NCBI GenBank assembly: GCA_965649765.1
Contig: OZ287750.1
Location: 78,430,001 to 78,494,000 of the forward strand
DNA from: Bispira polyomma
Taxonomy: Eukaryota
Length of the DNA: 64,000 nt
Direction of reading: 5' to 3'
How positions within the stretch are numbered: the first letter of the stretch is position 1; each line of letters starts with the position of its first letter. Below the pieces are notes generated by a model. That model did no database searches, was not told the DNA's origin, and was given only the letters and a program-made list of their open reading frames with translations. The position numbers were made by a program, and so were the translations under genes. Shown piece after piece: positions 11,325 to 22,371 of the stretch.

Positions 11325-14069
11325 TTATATATAACTGTCAAGGGTAAATAAGTCAATTGGGACGTCATACAAGATGAAGTTGCCCATAATAATATTTTTT
11401 ACACAATCAGCATGATGCATTGATTCATACCACCGAGATAACGCATCTGCGATTATATTGTCTTTACCTGGAATATGACTGATATTTAAGTCAATATTTT
11501 TGGTAGCACAGATTTGCCATATATTTCAGAGGCATAGCTCGAGATAATCATCTCTGGTTTTAGAAGACTGCACAAGAGCCACCACAGCCATGTTGTCAGA
11601 TTGTATCTTAATTTTTTTGTTTTCCCATTCATGGCCACATAGCTTTAAAGCTATTAAAACACTGACCATTTCAAAATGTACAATGGAAAAATTGTCAGTC
11701 ATGAAGGAAGGGAGAACAACCTTGAACACTTTGTCATCTGAAATGCCCCCTATGCCTGATAAGCAGGCGTCAACCTGTAATAAAATGTCATTATCCTGGT
11801 TTAAGTATCTGTACTTGCAAGTACCATTGAACTGCTTTAGAAAAAGCAGGAACCACTGTAAGTCTTTATGAAATTCATCGTTTAGAATGATAATTCTACG
11901 ACTTGTAGACTAACGTAGTAAAGCAAGCATTCTGTTCATAAAAATCCGAGAAGGTTTGATACAGCGATGTATATACAGTAGCTTGCCGGGTAACGACTGG
12001 TACTTCTGTTTCCGAACTTTCCCCAGGTATTTGAACTCCAGGCAAGTATTGTGAATTGAATTTAATTTTTCCTCATTTATACTGAGGGTTTCTTGTTGGA
12101 TGTCTATAACAATGCCCATACATGTGACCCGCTTGCTGGGAGGTACTAACTTACTGGGGTTAATAGGAAGACCTAAGTCTGTTAGTATTTGTTGTAAAGT
12201 TTCGTAGGCTAAGGTGGCCTTATCTTCATGTTCTATGAGCAAAAAATCATCTATATAATTCATAACTGTGAAACCTTTTTGTTTCATGATGTAAGTGACA
12301 CAATCTGAGGTCATCATAAAAGCAGCAGTACCATGAGTGAGACCAAAAGTCAGACTTAAGTCAATAAAACACTGGTCTTTCCATATATAACCCAGCTTCA
12401 AACAGTCATAAGGATCTATTTTTATGTTCCTAAATGCGTGCGCAACGTCCACCTTTGCTAAGGTTGCCTTAGGTCCTATGTCCATAATTTTGTGAGTTAT
12501 TTGGTCAATAGTGGGTAATTTCAAAGTGAAGTCGATTATGTCGTACTTTGACTTAATGGTATAGTCATTTACAGAGTAGCCTGCTGGGTGAGAAAGATTT
12601 AATATAAGACGACGTTTGTCAGTGTCTTTAGGTACAGTCAAAAGTGGAGAGCAGTGTATATCAGGGTGAAGGTCAGAAGTAGCTGAGCCCACTAGGGTGC
12701 CTCGTTCGAGTTCTGTGACAAAATATCTGTCCACAGCTTCTGGAAAAGTTTTTGCTGAGTAATGGTTCTTAACATTTTTGACTGTCAGTCTATCTCTATC
12801 ATACAATGAAATTGGAAATCCAAATTCAATATATTGTAATATGATGTTGTCAGGATAATCTGTCAGGTATTTCTTCCAATTTTCCACTTTGAGAGTACTC
12901 TTAAGCGGTATTCTGGCTTGTTTATAGTTGGGAAATCCAGAGTTCTTAACAATGTCTGCAATCTCAATGAGTTTGTCATAAGAATTTATAAGAACTTCTT
13001 GTCTGTCTGGACCCACAAATTTAAAACTGTTCTGTCTGTGTGGTATGAAACCACAAGTTCTGTCTCTAGAAATAAGACAGGATTAATGTGTGACATTGTC
13101 CACATTAGTGTCTGATGATTGTAGTGATAAGATGTCATTAATCATGACGTCATCATTATGCACAAATGTAGGTTTTTGAATAATAGAATCTTCATTGTGC
13201 ACTAATATAGGTTTTTGTATCATAGAAGTTTCATTATGCACTAATGTAGGTTTCTGAATCATAGAAGTATCATTGTGCAGTAATATAGGTTTTTGAATCC
13301 TAGAATTTTCATTATGCACTAATGTAAGTTTTTGAATCATAGACGTTTCATTATGCACTAATATAGGTTTTTGACTCATAACCTTGTGATTATGCACTAG
13401 TGCATTACCTTGATTAATTTGATGCTCAAGGGGTAAGTGGGCTTGATGGTTACAATCTGAATTGGTCTGGTGTTGAAAATTTGATTTGCAAATCTTGTCA
13501 ATGATATCTGTATAATAGAAAGTTTGTCCAAATTGTTTGTGTGTATGTGCCACATTATGTTTTGCACGGTTTTTTGACTGATTTGGTTGAGTATGATGTA
13601 GTGTTGTGGCACAAGTGGTGTTCACATAGGATAATGGCCATATGTGATCCAGTGTATAGGGAGTTTGTTGTAAGTACCACATATTTAGGCCATAAGTCCA
13701 TACACCTGAAATACATGACTCATCATGACAAACGATATAGCAATAAGTTAGACAATCAGACTTAAAATTACTGGTGCTAATATAAACGTCTACTGTATGA
13801 AAGACAGCTGATGGTTTTTGACCATAATTATCACACTGAACAGAGTTCATAACGTTCAATTTAACAGGCAATTTTTGCCTGCATAAGTCATTAAGGGAAA
13901 CACTGCCAGGTAAAACTTGAGATGTCTTACTGGCATCACTATAACTCAATTGGGTAATTGACTCATTGAGTTGACAACTAAAATTATTTATGAAATCATT
14001 CTTAAAACTGTTTTTCTTACAAATTTGCTTATTAGTACCACTGGTTAAATCACAACTTCCTGTCAGCAC
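11325..14069 (-). pseudogene. DIRS-type pol: long N-terminal extension + reverse transcriptase + RNase H
   Basis: ORFs 13083-14069 and 11910-13016 are in the same frame split by one TAA; RLILNLS, YIDDFL, VDACLSGIGG, SDNMAVV, IADALSRW. Confidence 0.9.
13150..13400 (-). repeat. 42-bp (14-aa) coding tandem repeat, ~6 copies, in the pol N-terminal extension
   Basis: IQKP(I/T)LVHNETSM repeated in translation. Confidence 0.9.
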
Positions 14070-14141
14070 ACAATGGTTAATAACGACATCAGAAGTGGAC
14101 TTAAGGTGAATAGCTGTGGTGTCTGCTGGCAGTCCGCGTCC

Positions 14142-15362
14142 CTATTGAGGGGCGTTCGCGGGCGCATTTGGGCGGCCGTGTAACTTGAAGCATTTTGACT
14201 CGGGATGTGGGTTCATTCTCTTGTTGAGTCGGAAACAGTTGGCACAGATATGTCGAAATGTAATGTTATTGCCCTCATGATCTTTCTGGTGTTGGCAGTA
14301 ATTTTTTTGGTAACGCCTGCAAGGCATTTCATCTTTGTTTGAAGATGAAGCAGAAAATAAACTGGTTGAAGGTGTGGTAGTACTGGATATGAGGGCTTGA
14401 GAATAAGCAAGCCGATTCAGATTCCATTTTGTGTCGTTGATCCAACTCAAACGACCCTCTTCAATATCATGCATATTACTGGCATATGCTCCACGAGCAA
14501 TCTCCCAAGAGATGTTGGAGGCATCTTTGAGGGTGTCTGCTAGTTGGGAGAGCATGGCTCGTGAAATATCAGGATTCTTAACCTCAAGAATATTTTGGAT
14601 CTGGCCAGCAGCGAACTGTGAGACTGACAATTCATCAAAAGATACACGCTTTTTGCTAACACCAGATAAACAGGCCTCGTTCAGCCACCGCTTCATGGGG
14701 TCAGATACACATAATTCAGAGGTATTATAGCGCCCAGATTTTCGCTTGGTAGTGAGCTTACCTTGAATGCTCTCATCTGTGGCCCAGGATTCATATCTCG
14801 CTAGTCGTTTGGAGACCTCGTTCTGTATGAGGGACAACTGCTTCAGCACTTCGGGAGTCGGGAGAATGGTATCTTTGAACGCACGTTGAGTGGCTTCGTG
14901 ATCATACTGGCTCTGTGAACTAGTGAGGTGACGTGAGGGAGAATCTGTAGTGAGAGGATGAGTTGCGAACGCGCTGGCAGTGTGATCTCTCTGACTGTCA
15001 TGAAGTCCAAGTGAAGTGTGAGGATCTTGGGGTGCGTTATGAGGCGACACACGGTTGGTCTCCATCTTTCCAAATTTGAGATCTGAGACGTCTTCTTGTA
15101 GCTTGGAGACTGTAGATAACAGGGTTTCCATCATATTCTGCTGTGTGGTGTATGCCTCACAATAGAATTTTTCACTGCTAACTTGGCCACTTGCTTCAGA
15201 AACACTGCTTTGATCATCACTATCAAAGCTAGGCTGGAGAAGACCATCATCTCTTGTGTCTGTGGTTCGTTTGCAGCGATTTCCTACTGGTCGTGTGTGA
15301 AAGATTTCACATCTAGTACATAAGACTGTTTCAATAGAGTTTGTTTTTTTTCCTCTGCCCAT
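14142..15362 (-). CDS. Gag-like protein (N-terminal CX2CX3HX7C, C-terminal CCCH/CCHC-type fingers)
   Basis: Open frame from MGRGKK (ATG at 15362); CTRCEIFHTRPVGNRC; CRRYQKNYCQHQKDH...HICANC...HPESKC. Confidence 0.85.
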   Translation of the reverse strand: MGRGKKTNSIETVLCTRCEIFHTRPVGNRCKRTTDTRDDGLLQPSFDSDDQSSVSEASGQVSSEKFYCEAYTTQQNMMETLLSTVSKLQEDVSDLKFGKMETNRVSPHNAPQDPHTSLGLHDSQRDHTASAFATHPLTTDSPSRHLTSSQSQYDHEATQRAFKDTILPTPEVLKQLSLIQNEVSKRLARYESWATDESIQGKLTTKRKSGRYNTSELCVSDPMKRWLNEACLSGVSKKRVSFDELSVSQFAAGQIQNILEVKNPDISRAMLSQLADTLKDASNISWEIARGAYASNMHDIEEGRLSWINDTKWNLNRLAYSQALISSTTTPSTSLFSASSSNKDEMPCRRYQKNYCQHQKDHEGNNITFRHICANCFRLNKRMNPHPESKCFKLHGRPNAPANAPQ

Positions 15363-15769
15363 TTTTAAGTAATATCCACACAAATTAGCTTAAAAGATGC
15401 ACAATATTATCCTCTGTGTGAAACTTGTTGTAATTTTGTAAAATAATAAACATTTAAGCAGGCAATTGGATTTTTAGTGATAATGTATAAAAATTTCCAA
15501 TATGGCCGCTGATAGCTTAAGATTTTTGATGTTGTTAGTTTGATTTCTGACTTAATAATGAGCTTATCATAGAAAGGGCGCCAAAGCGCTGGGGAGAGTA
15601 AGAGAGATTTGTCTTCTGACTTATCAGTGAGAGTACAAGAAAGGCGGGAAATAGAGAGTGGAGGTGTTATCTGAATGCAGCGTTGGGGTGAGGAGTGACT
15701 GTGATAAGCAAGTAGTTTAAAAATAGAAGTACAGTAAAGTATAGCATTTCCGCGGCTGACTAGCCATGC

Positions 15770-15910
15770 TACTTCGTGGCAGTGATGAAGACATTCACCT
15801 CTATCTATGGCCTGCAACAGGTCATTACATATGCGAAGGATGGCTGTTCCTGTGCTGTGACATTTCCTGTAGGCAGGTTGCTTGGGCTCAAAGTTAACCA
15901 CAGAGTCACT
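15770..15910 (-). mobile_element. Short L2/CR1 RT fragment at the junction of YR elements 1 and 2
   Basis: QPAYRKCHSTGTAILRICNDLLQAIDRGE matches RT motif QSAYRKFHSTESAL..ND. Confidence 0.75.
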
Positions 15911-18900
15911 CAATATGAAGCCATGGCAACTGATGACATACTGCATGGTATGCTATTTTCTAAGAAACGGTCAGGACGATTCCTCTAAAAAATGTACAAC
16001 GGATCCGACATATAGGTGGCCTAATGAAAGCTGTTTAGTGGGCATAGCTAAAAAACGGTTGACATATGACAACCTCACCATGTCTCAATTCATCTTGGGA
16101 CAGACACAAACATATGAGAAGTCAGAAATTCAGGCACAGCTAGGGCGATGCTGAAGCAATTAGGAGACAATCTACACGATGCCAGCAAGATTTTGTGGCA
16201 GGTAGCTAAGGCGACGTATGCAAGCAATATGTACAACTTCAAAGAAGGCAGACTGTCATCGATGTCGGCTTCGACCACGATTACTGCGACCTCGACTAAA
16301 TGTGCATGCCTTTTAGGCATTCTCAAAAGAACCAATGTTCACACCCTGGGGATCATGACAGTGGAACCATTACCTTTCCACACATTTGTGCGAATTGTGA
16401 ACAAAAGGGAAAATGTCCATCCAGAAGTAAAATGCTTCAAACTTCATGGGAAATCGATGCAGGTAGGGGCAACAGGACAATAGGACAACAGACCACACAT
16501 TCAGACATGTGAGAATAGTTTCCACATAAAAATTAAATATTCAAAAACAGACAATGGAATTAGTAAATTTGATAATATTAGTAGTAAAGTATAAGAATAC
16601 AGTAGAAAAGACAAGTTTTCATGCACTAGTACAAGTGATGTTAAAACAGTGCAAAGTGATATTGCAAATACCAACAGTGACACTCGGACATGGATGATAG
16701 TAGATATATACACTAGTAATAATGTAAGTTATAACAATTACTTGTTATGTTATTTAATGTGTAAAGATAACACTATTTTAAATGTATGAACTATATACTA
16801 ATAATGTATTTCAGATGGTGTTTACAAAAACTGACTATACCACACGAACCATATGGCTCCTTACATACAACACACAAACAAAAATATGAGTAGATTACAC
16901 TACAAACAAAAATATGAGTAGATAACACTACAAACAAAAATAAAAACAAACAAATGAAACACTCAAACACACAATTACAAGAAGAAAATAACAGACAAAT
17001 ACAGACAGAACAAAACTTGTCATGTCAGAACAAAAGCACAACATTACATGAATATGACCGACAAAATGTGTTCTGACATTACACAATGCTTAACTATACG
17101 GACAAACAAATGCAAAGTAGACACACAACTTACCAGAAATACAGCAGACAGTATCCATACCAGTAAGTCAACTCCAGATCACTCAAGCCATAAAGGCAAT
17201 AACAAACAACAAAATGACAAAAACTTTAATGACAATGACACAATCACAAATGATGACAAATACTGTACAATCAAGGATGTTTTTGAACAATATGACTATG
17301 ACAGAGATGATTCTGAAGAAATAATTGTTTGATACTGAAGAAATAATTAGTGACAAAGTAGATAGACAATATGGTTTTATCCCAAAGAATAAGAAAACTT
17401 ATGAATTTGTAGGACCAAAAACCATTTGACATTAAGGACTATAAAATCGAATCAGCCAAATGTCAATGGAAAAAATATTTGAGTCAGTATCCAGATCAGC
17501 AATTATTGCATTACCTTGAATACGGGTTTCCAATGTCCTTGTATGATAGATCATATTTGGCAACACTGAGTGTCAAAAATCACTATTCAGCGTTACAGCT
17601 TCCCCAGTATATAGACAAAGGTACTGTAGTCGGCCCAGTTAATGACCTCGATAATGCTAAAAGTCCCTTTGTTAACAAGGCCAAAGGACGATGGAAATAG
17701 TTTACTAATATTGAATCTGTCTCACCCAAGTGGGGCTTTAGTAAATAATTGCACCATAAATGGCTCATGCGATAATACCCAGAAACGTGACCAATGAAAA
17801 GACAATTAATTTAATAAACTGATTTCAAGGGTGACTTAAATTGGTTCTTAGAATTTGTATTCAACTATAATGGTACCACCAAATATGAAAGCGACGATAT
17901 AAACCAAGAGGTCTCTTTACAAGTTGACCCTTGTTTGGAGGGCATAGGCCGTGTATCAGGCAATGAAGTATTCACTACTATGCTACCCCTCTGTATTGAG
18001 CAGGCTTTGTCCATAGTTTATTTTAAAATGTTAGCATGTTAGAAACTGTAGCAGTAAGACTTTGGAAAGGATAAATATGAAGATAAAACAGTAAAGATAC
18101 AATGAGACAATGCTGCTGTTGTTTGCGTAGTGCAGTCATCTAAGACTAGATATGCTTGTTTAAGCACTTTTTGAGGAACTTGTGGTTATTATGTCCAAGG
18201 CACAATATAACAATAAAAATTGAGCATATAGAGGGGAAAAAGAACATAATACCTCATGTGCTGCCTAGATGGCACGATTTAGATACACGTAGCAATGAAA
18301 TGAAGACAGAAATGAGAGTATGACAGACAGTATGACTAACAAATTAGACTTTACATGGCCTCTATGGTTTACCATAACATTTAAGAACATTTTACCTTTT
18401 TATCTCTACTTGCTTTCATAGAATACCTTCACCAAGCAAATATATCACACAAAGTTATAAATAACTACATAGCAGCTACTAGGCACTCATGCAAACTATA
18501 TCACGCACAGAATGGTCAGCTGTACTGTAAGATTTCAGAATAGGAATGCACCAAAAACCTTTGGCAATCAGTTCTAGGTTTTTACCTAAACCTAAAGGTG
18601 TGTTAAATTCTAATGCAATTGCAACAGATGTCAAAATGATGTGAGTAGCTACTTTTTCTTGAAATGTATTGAGCAACAATATTGTTTGCATTCTTCAGTA
18701 TCTTAATAATCTCAAACTAAACTTTAACAACTTTAAGTGTTTTTGATCTCAGTAAGCATCTGACAAGATCAGATGTATTATTTGCGGATACCGGAATTCA
18801 CCTGGTCCTCATATGGTCTAAGACCAACCATACCAGGGAAAATGAAAATGTAATCTTACTCCTATAGCTTCACAATAAATGGCTCTGTCCGGTCACAGCA

Positions 18901-19634
18901 GCTAGAAATCTTTTCAAAAAATAACCCATTGCATCACCCGCACCTTTATTGGCACATTCAGGGTATGGCGGAAAAATAAACTAAGAAAAGCTTTGAGATC
19001 TCTTTTAATAAAATTGGGAATTCAAACTCAGCGACAAAGTTTCCAATGTTTAAGAAGGTCTGGTGCTTCCTTAGCTTTTAATGCTAATATCAAACTGCAA
19101 TATGCTCAGAAACATGGGTGCTGGAAATAGGACTTCATTTGGCAATACCTCGAGTTGAGTTCTCATGTTGCTTCTATTATCCCTCAAAGTTTTGCTGCCA
19201 TCGTTCATTCAGCTTAAGTTTCTTTCTTTTTGGCTTGGCAGTCGATTTATTTTTTAAAATTTTTAAATATCTCTAAACTTGTTTTAATCAAGTCTTATAC
19301 CTGGCTTTTTTCTACACTTGTCATTGAAACTGTTAACCGACTGTGTAAATCACTGCAGAGCCTGACAGCATGACAAGTCAGTTGAAAAAAGTCAGTGGTT
19401 TACTGTACAAATATCTTCAAAGTTGTTTACTGACTTAATGATCAATCAGAGGTCGTCTGTAAGAAGGTTTTGCCGCCTTTCTCATATAATTATCACAATT
19501 TATTTAGAAAGCAAAACGTCAACAAGTAGAAAATTTACTATTACAAAGGGTTTTTAAACTGAAGTAACTTTTTAATAAACCATTAGTTTCTTTAACAAAC
19601 ACAGATACACATGTATGTCAGATCAGTGAATAAT
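15900..19634 (+). mobile_element. Tyrosine-recombinase retrotransposon copy 2, heavily decayed, related to copy 1, head-to-head with it
   Basis: gag remnant (KRSGR, WPNESCL, HICANC, HPEVKCFKLHG), RT remnant (YLEYGFPMSLYDR), RNase H remnant ~17900-18300, YR remnant ~18330-19215 (RRSGASLAFN, HGCWK). Confidence 0.88.
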
Positions 19635-20070
19635 CAGTTTCCCCAAGCCGGTTAAAAAGGTTGATCAAACTGATCTCGTCTTTGGACAATTTATGTGGAA
19701 GTGGAGACAAAGAACACGAGTCTGTTACATAATTGGGTATTTTATTAAAAACAAAAAAAATATAAAATATATATATATATATCTCTAACACACAACATTT
19801 AAGGTCACCTTAACACTTGGCAAACCACCTTACTATGCTGTTAAGGTGACCTTAAATGCTATATACTACTACTACTTAAACTTAAGGTTGAAGTCCCCCT
19901 CAATTAGAGGTGACCTTAACGTTGCCTTAGGGTTGCCTTATCTTGAGTCTAAGGTTACCTTGAGCGTACCTTACTGCTTTTGAGGTGACCCCAACCCCAA
20001 GTAACTTTGTACATTCTACTTTTTGTATTACTGTACATACTACTACTACATGCCCTACTATTGTTGTGTG

Positions 20071-20142
<72 letters not shown>

Positions 20143-20157
20143 AAGTTAAAAGAGGCC
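19635..20157 (-). repeat. Split direct repeat B2 (3' end) with expanded (TA)n at ~20076-20138
   Basis: Near-identical to 20885-21355. Confidence 0.92.
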
Positions 20158-20694
20158 TGTTACCAGACTTTGTAAAATAACTGTAGGTCTTTCTAAGAGA
20201 TCACTGCTTAGGACATCCCTATTTGGCTGTATCATACAAGCCCTTGCCTATTAACTTGTGTTTGGACGCAGCTACTACCATGGTTTGGAACCCGGGTCCT
20301 ACGGCATCTATTTGCCTAGCAGTGAACGTTCCCGGCTGCAGAGCTGAATTCCCTGGTAGCCCACACTAGGGGGAACTTGCAAGCCGGGAACCAGCACCAC
20401 ACGGACCCGGGCTCGAACCAAATAGCAGTGGCCTTGTCTTGTTACTCTGTTGTTCCCTAATCTTATAGTAAAAGAAAATACAATAAAATAAAGGCCTAGG
20501 CACAGACCTTGTCTTGAAAAAGACTGCACATTCATAGCCTCTTTAAGACTGTTACATCACACAGATTAAGGCTGGTTGGCCAAGAGTGCTACATTACTTA
20601 GCGCTCGGGCTTCCCCAGTCACTAAGATTTGTGGTATCCACAAAAACACCTACCCTTTCAGACTCATGCTGTTAAGGAAATGGGGGGGGGGGGG

Positions 20695-20877
20695 TAAAAA
20701 TGTGTTGTTTCCTTCTTGCTAACTAATTATTGAATGAGGTGGTGTTCCCCACCTGCCCTCTGTAATTAACAATTTTGGCGGTAAATCTTGGCGTCTAATG
20801 TGGGTGCTAATGAGTGTTATATATATGAACCTGCCAGGGGAAACTGACATCTGATGCTTAGCTATAACGGCCTCATT
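20695..20877 (-). repeat. Split direct repeat A2
   Basis: Near-identical to 26221-26403. Confidence 0.9.
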
Positions 20878-20884
20878 CACTTCA

Positions 20885-21355
20885 CAGTTTCCCCAAGTCG
20901 ATTAAAAAGGTTGATCGAACTGATCTAGTCTTTGGACAATTTATGTGGAAGTGGAGACAAAAGAACACGAGTCTGTTACATAATTGGGTATTTTATTAAA
21001 AACATAAAATAAAATATATATACATATCTAACACACAACATTTAAGGTCACCTTAACACTTGGTGAACCACCTTACTATGCTGTTAAGGTGACCTTAAAT
21101 GCTATATACTACTACTACTTAAACTTAAGGTTGAAGTCAACCTCAATTAGAGGTGACCTTAATGTTGCCTTAGGGTTGCCTTATCTTGAGTCTAAGGTTA
21201 CCTTGAGCATACCTTACTGCTTTTGAGGTGACCCCAACCCCAAGTAATTTTCATTTACATTCTACTTTTTCTATTACTGTACATACTACTACTATGTGCC
21301 CTACTATTGTTGTGTGTATGTACATATATATATATATGTAAAGTTAAAAGAGGCC
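20885..21355 (-). repeat. Split direct repeat B1 (AATAAA on minus near 20992-20997)
   Basis: Near-identical to 19635-20157 except (TA)n length. Confidence 0.92.
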
Positions 21356-21384
21356 AAACGCAAATTGTAGGGTGTATTTATGTT

Positions 21385-22362
21385 TTACTTTTTAGCTAGG
21401 TGTTTTGTGAAGGTAGCTGCGACTGAACCTGCTGCTTTTGGTGTTTTCACTAAATACCTCCATATGGCATCAGAACGCCAGCCCCCATGTACCTTGATAT
21501 TTGCAGGTCCACGTTGTGGTCGATGGCCCAGGAGGCCCCTGACCTTCTGAGAGCATGGAACCCATACTCAGCTGGAGGGAGTTTTAACTTGAGCAATAGT
21601 GAAGTCAGGACCTTCCTCACCTGATACGTTGGGATAACTGTTACCCTACCTTGAGTTTTAAATTAAAATAATGGTATAGGTTTTGAGGGCTTCTCAGGGA
21701 CTATGTTGATTAGAGCCTTTACTGGGCAGAGACTGGAATTTGGAAGAGCTGGAACCTGGACTACCTGCAATTGATCTGAAACTTGCATATTTTTTGCGCA
21801 TTTTGTCAAAATGTGTGCGCCTGGGGACCCCAAATCACATCGTTCTGGGTTAGAAAACGTGAAGCTTGAAATTGACCTGCTGTGTGAGGGACCAAGGTAG
21901 CCAGCCTAAAAAACCCAAAGGAGAAAAAAGCCTAGGAGTATAATAGCTTTGTAATGTTGAGCCCCTGGGAGGCCCTGAATTAATTCTACTAGCTGCTGCA
22001 GCTTTTGGGGAGTGAAAACTCCTTTGATTTTGTATTTGAGGGGAGCATTGCACGACACTGATTTCAGCACTAATGCAACTTTTTTATGTTGTAATGCTAC
22101 TGTGGGTAAGTCATACATTTGAAAGAAATGTTTAAGCACTGAGGTATAACCAAGGAGTGTACCTGCTCTGTGACCCTGTTGTGCTAAAAATTCTAGGAAC
22201 AAAAGTATAGACTTTAATTCAGTGGAAGAGCTAATCTGTAGGTGTGTTAAGAAGGCTAAGTACAGTCTAAATTTCCCTGGTAAGCTGCTGAGGTGCGAGG
22301 ACAAAATCCCGAAGCCACCCGCGCTTTCACATCTTGAAGTAAGCCTCCTACGAGTGGATTAC
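21385..22362 (-). pseudogene. Tyrosine recombinase of copy 3
   Basis: N-terminal core-binding region (FLEFLAQQG), LCPV, HALRRSGASWA, HGGWRSDAI in broken frames. Confidence 0.88.
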
Positions 22363-22371
22363 CTACAATGA

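Larger units (their letters stand above)
10270..15770 (-). mobile_element. Tyrosine-recombinase retrotransposon copy 1 (DIRS order, Ngaro/PAT-type), 3' repeats truncated
   Basis: gag - pol(RT-RNaseH) - YR order on minus with few disablements; no methyltransferase domain between RNase H and YR; ends approximate. Confidence 0.9.

Noticed and set aside
11325-11900. DIRS1-type methyltransferase domain or inverted terminal repeats
   Set aside because: RNase H ends directly at the YR boundary and copy 3 has split direct repeats, so these are not DIRS1-like.
15407-15946. 179-aa ORF as an extra element gene
   Set aside because: Chimeric read-through of antisense gag, an L2 RT shard and terminal-repeat sequence.
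20158-20694. Hammerhead ribozyme in the spacer
   Set aside because: No CTGATGA...GAAA core found by eye on either strand; other ribozyme classes not excluded.
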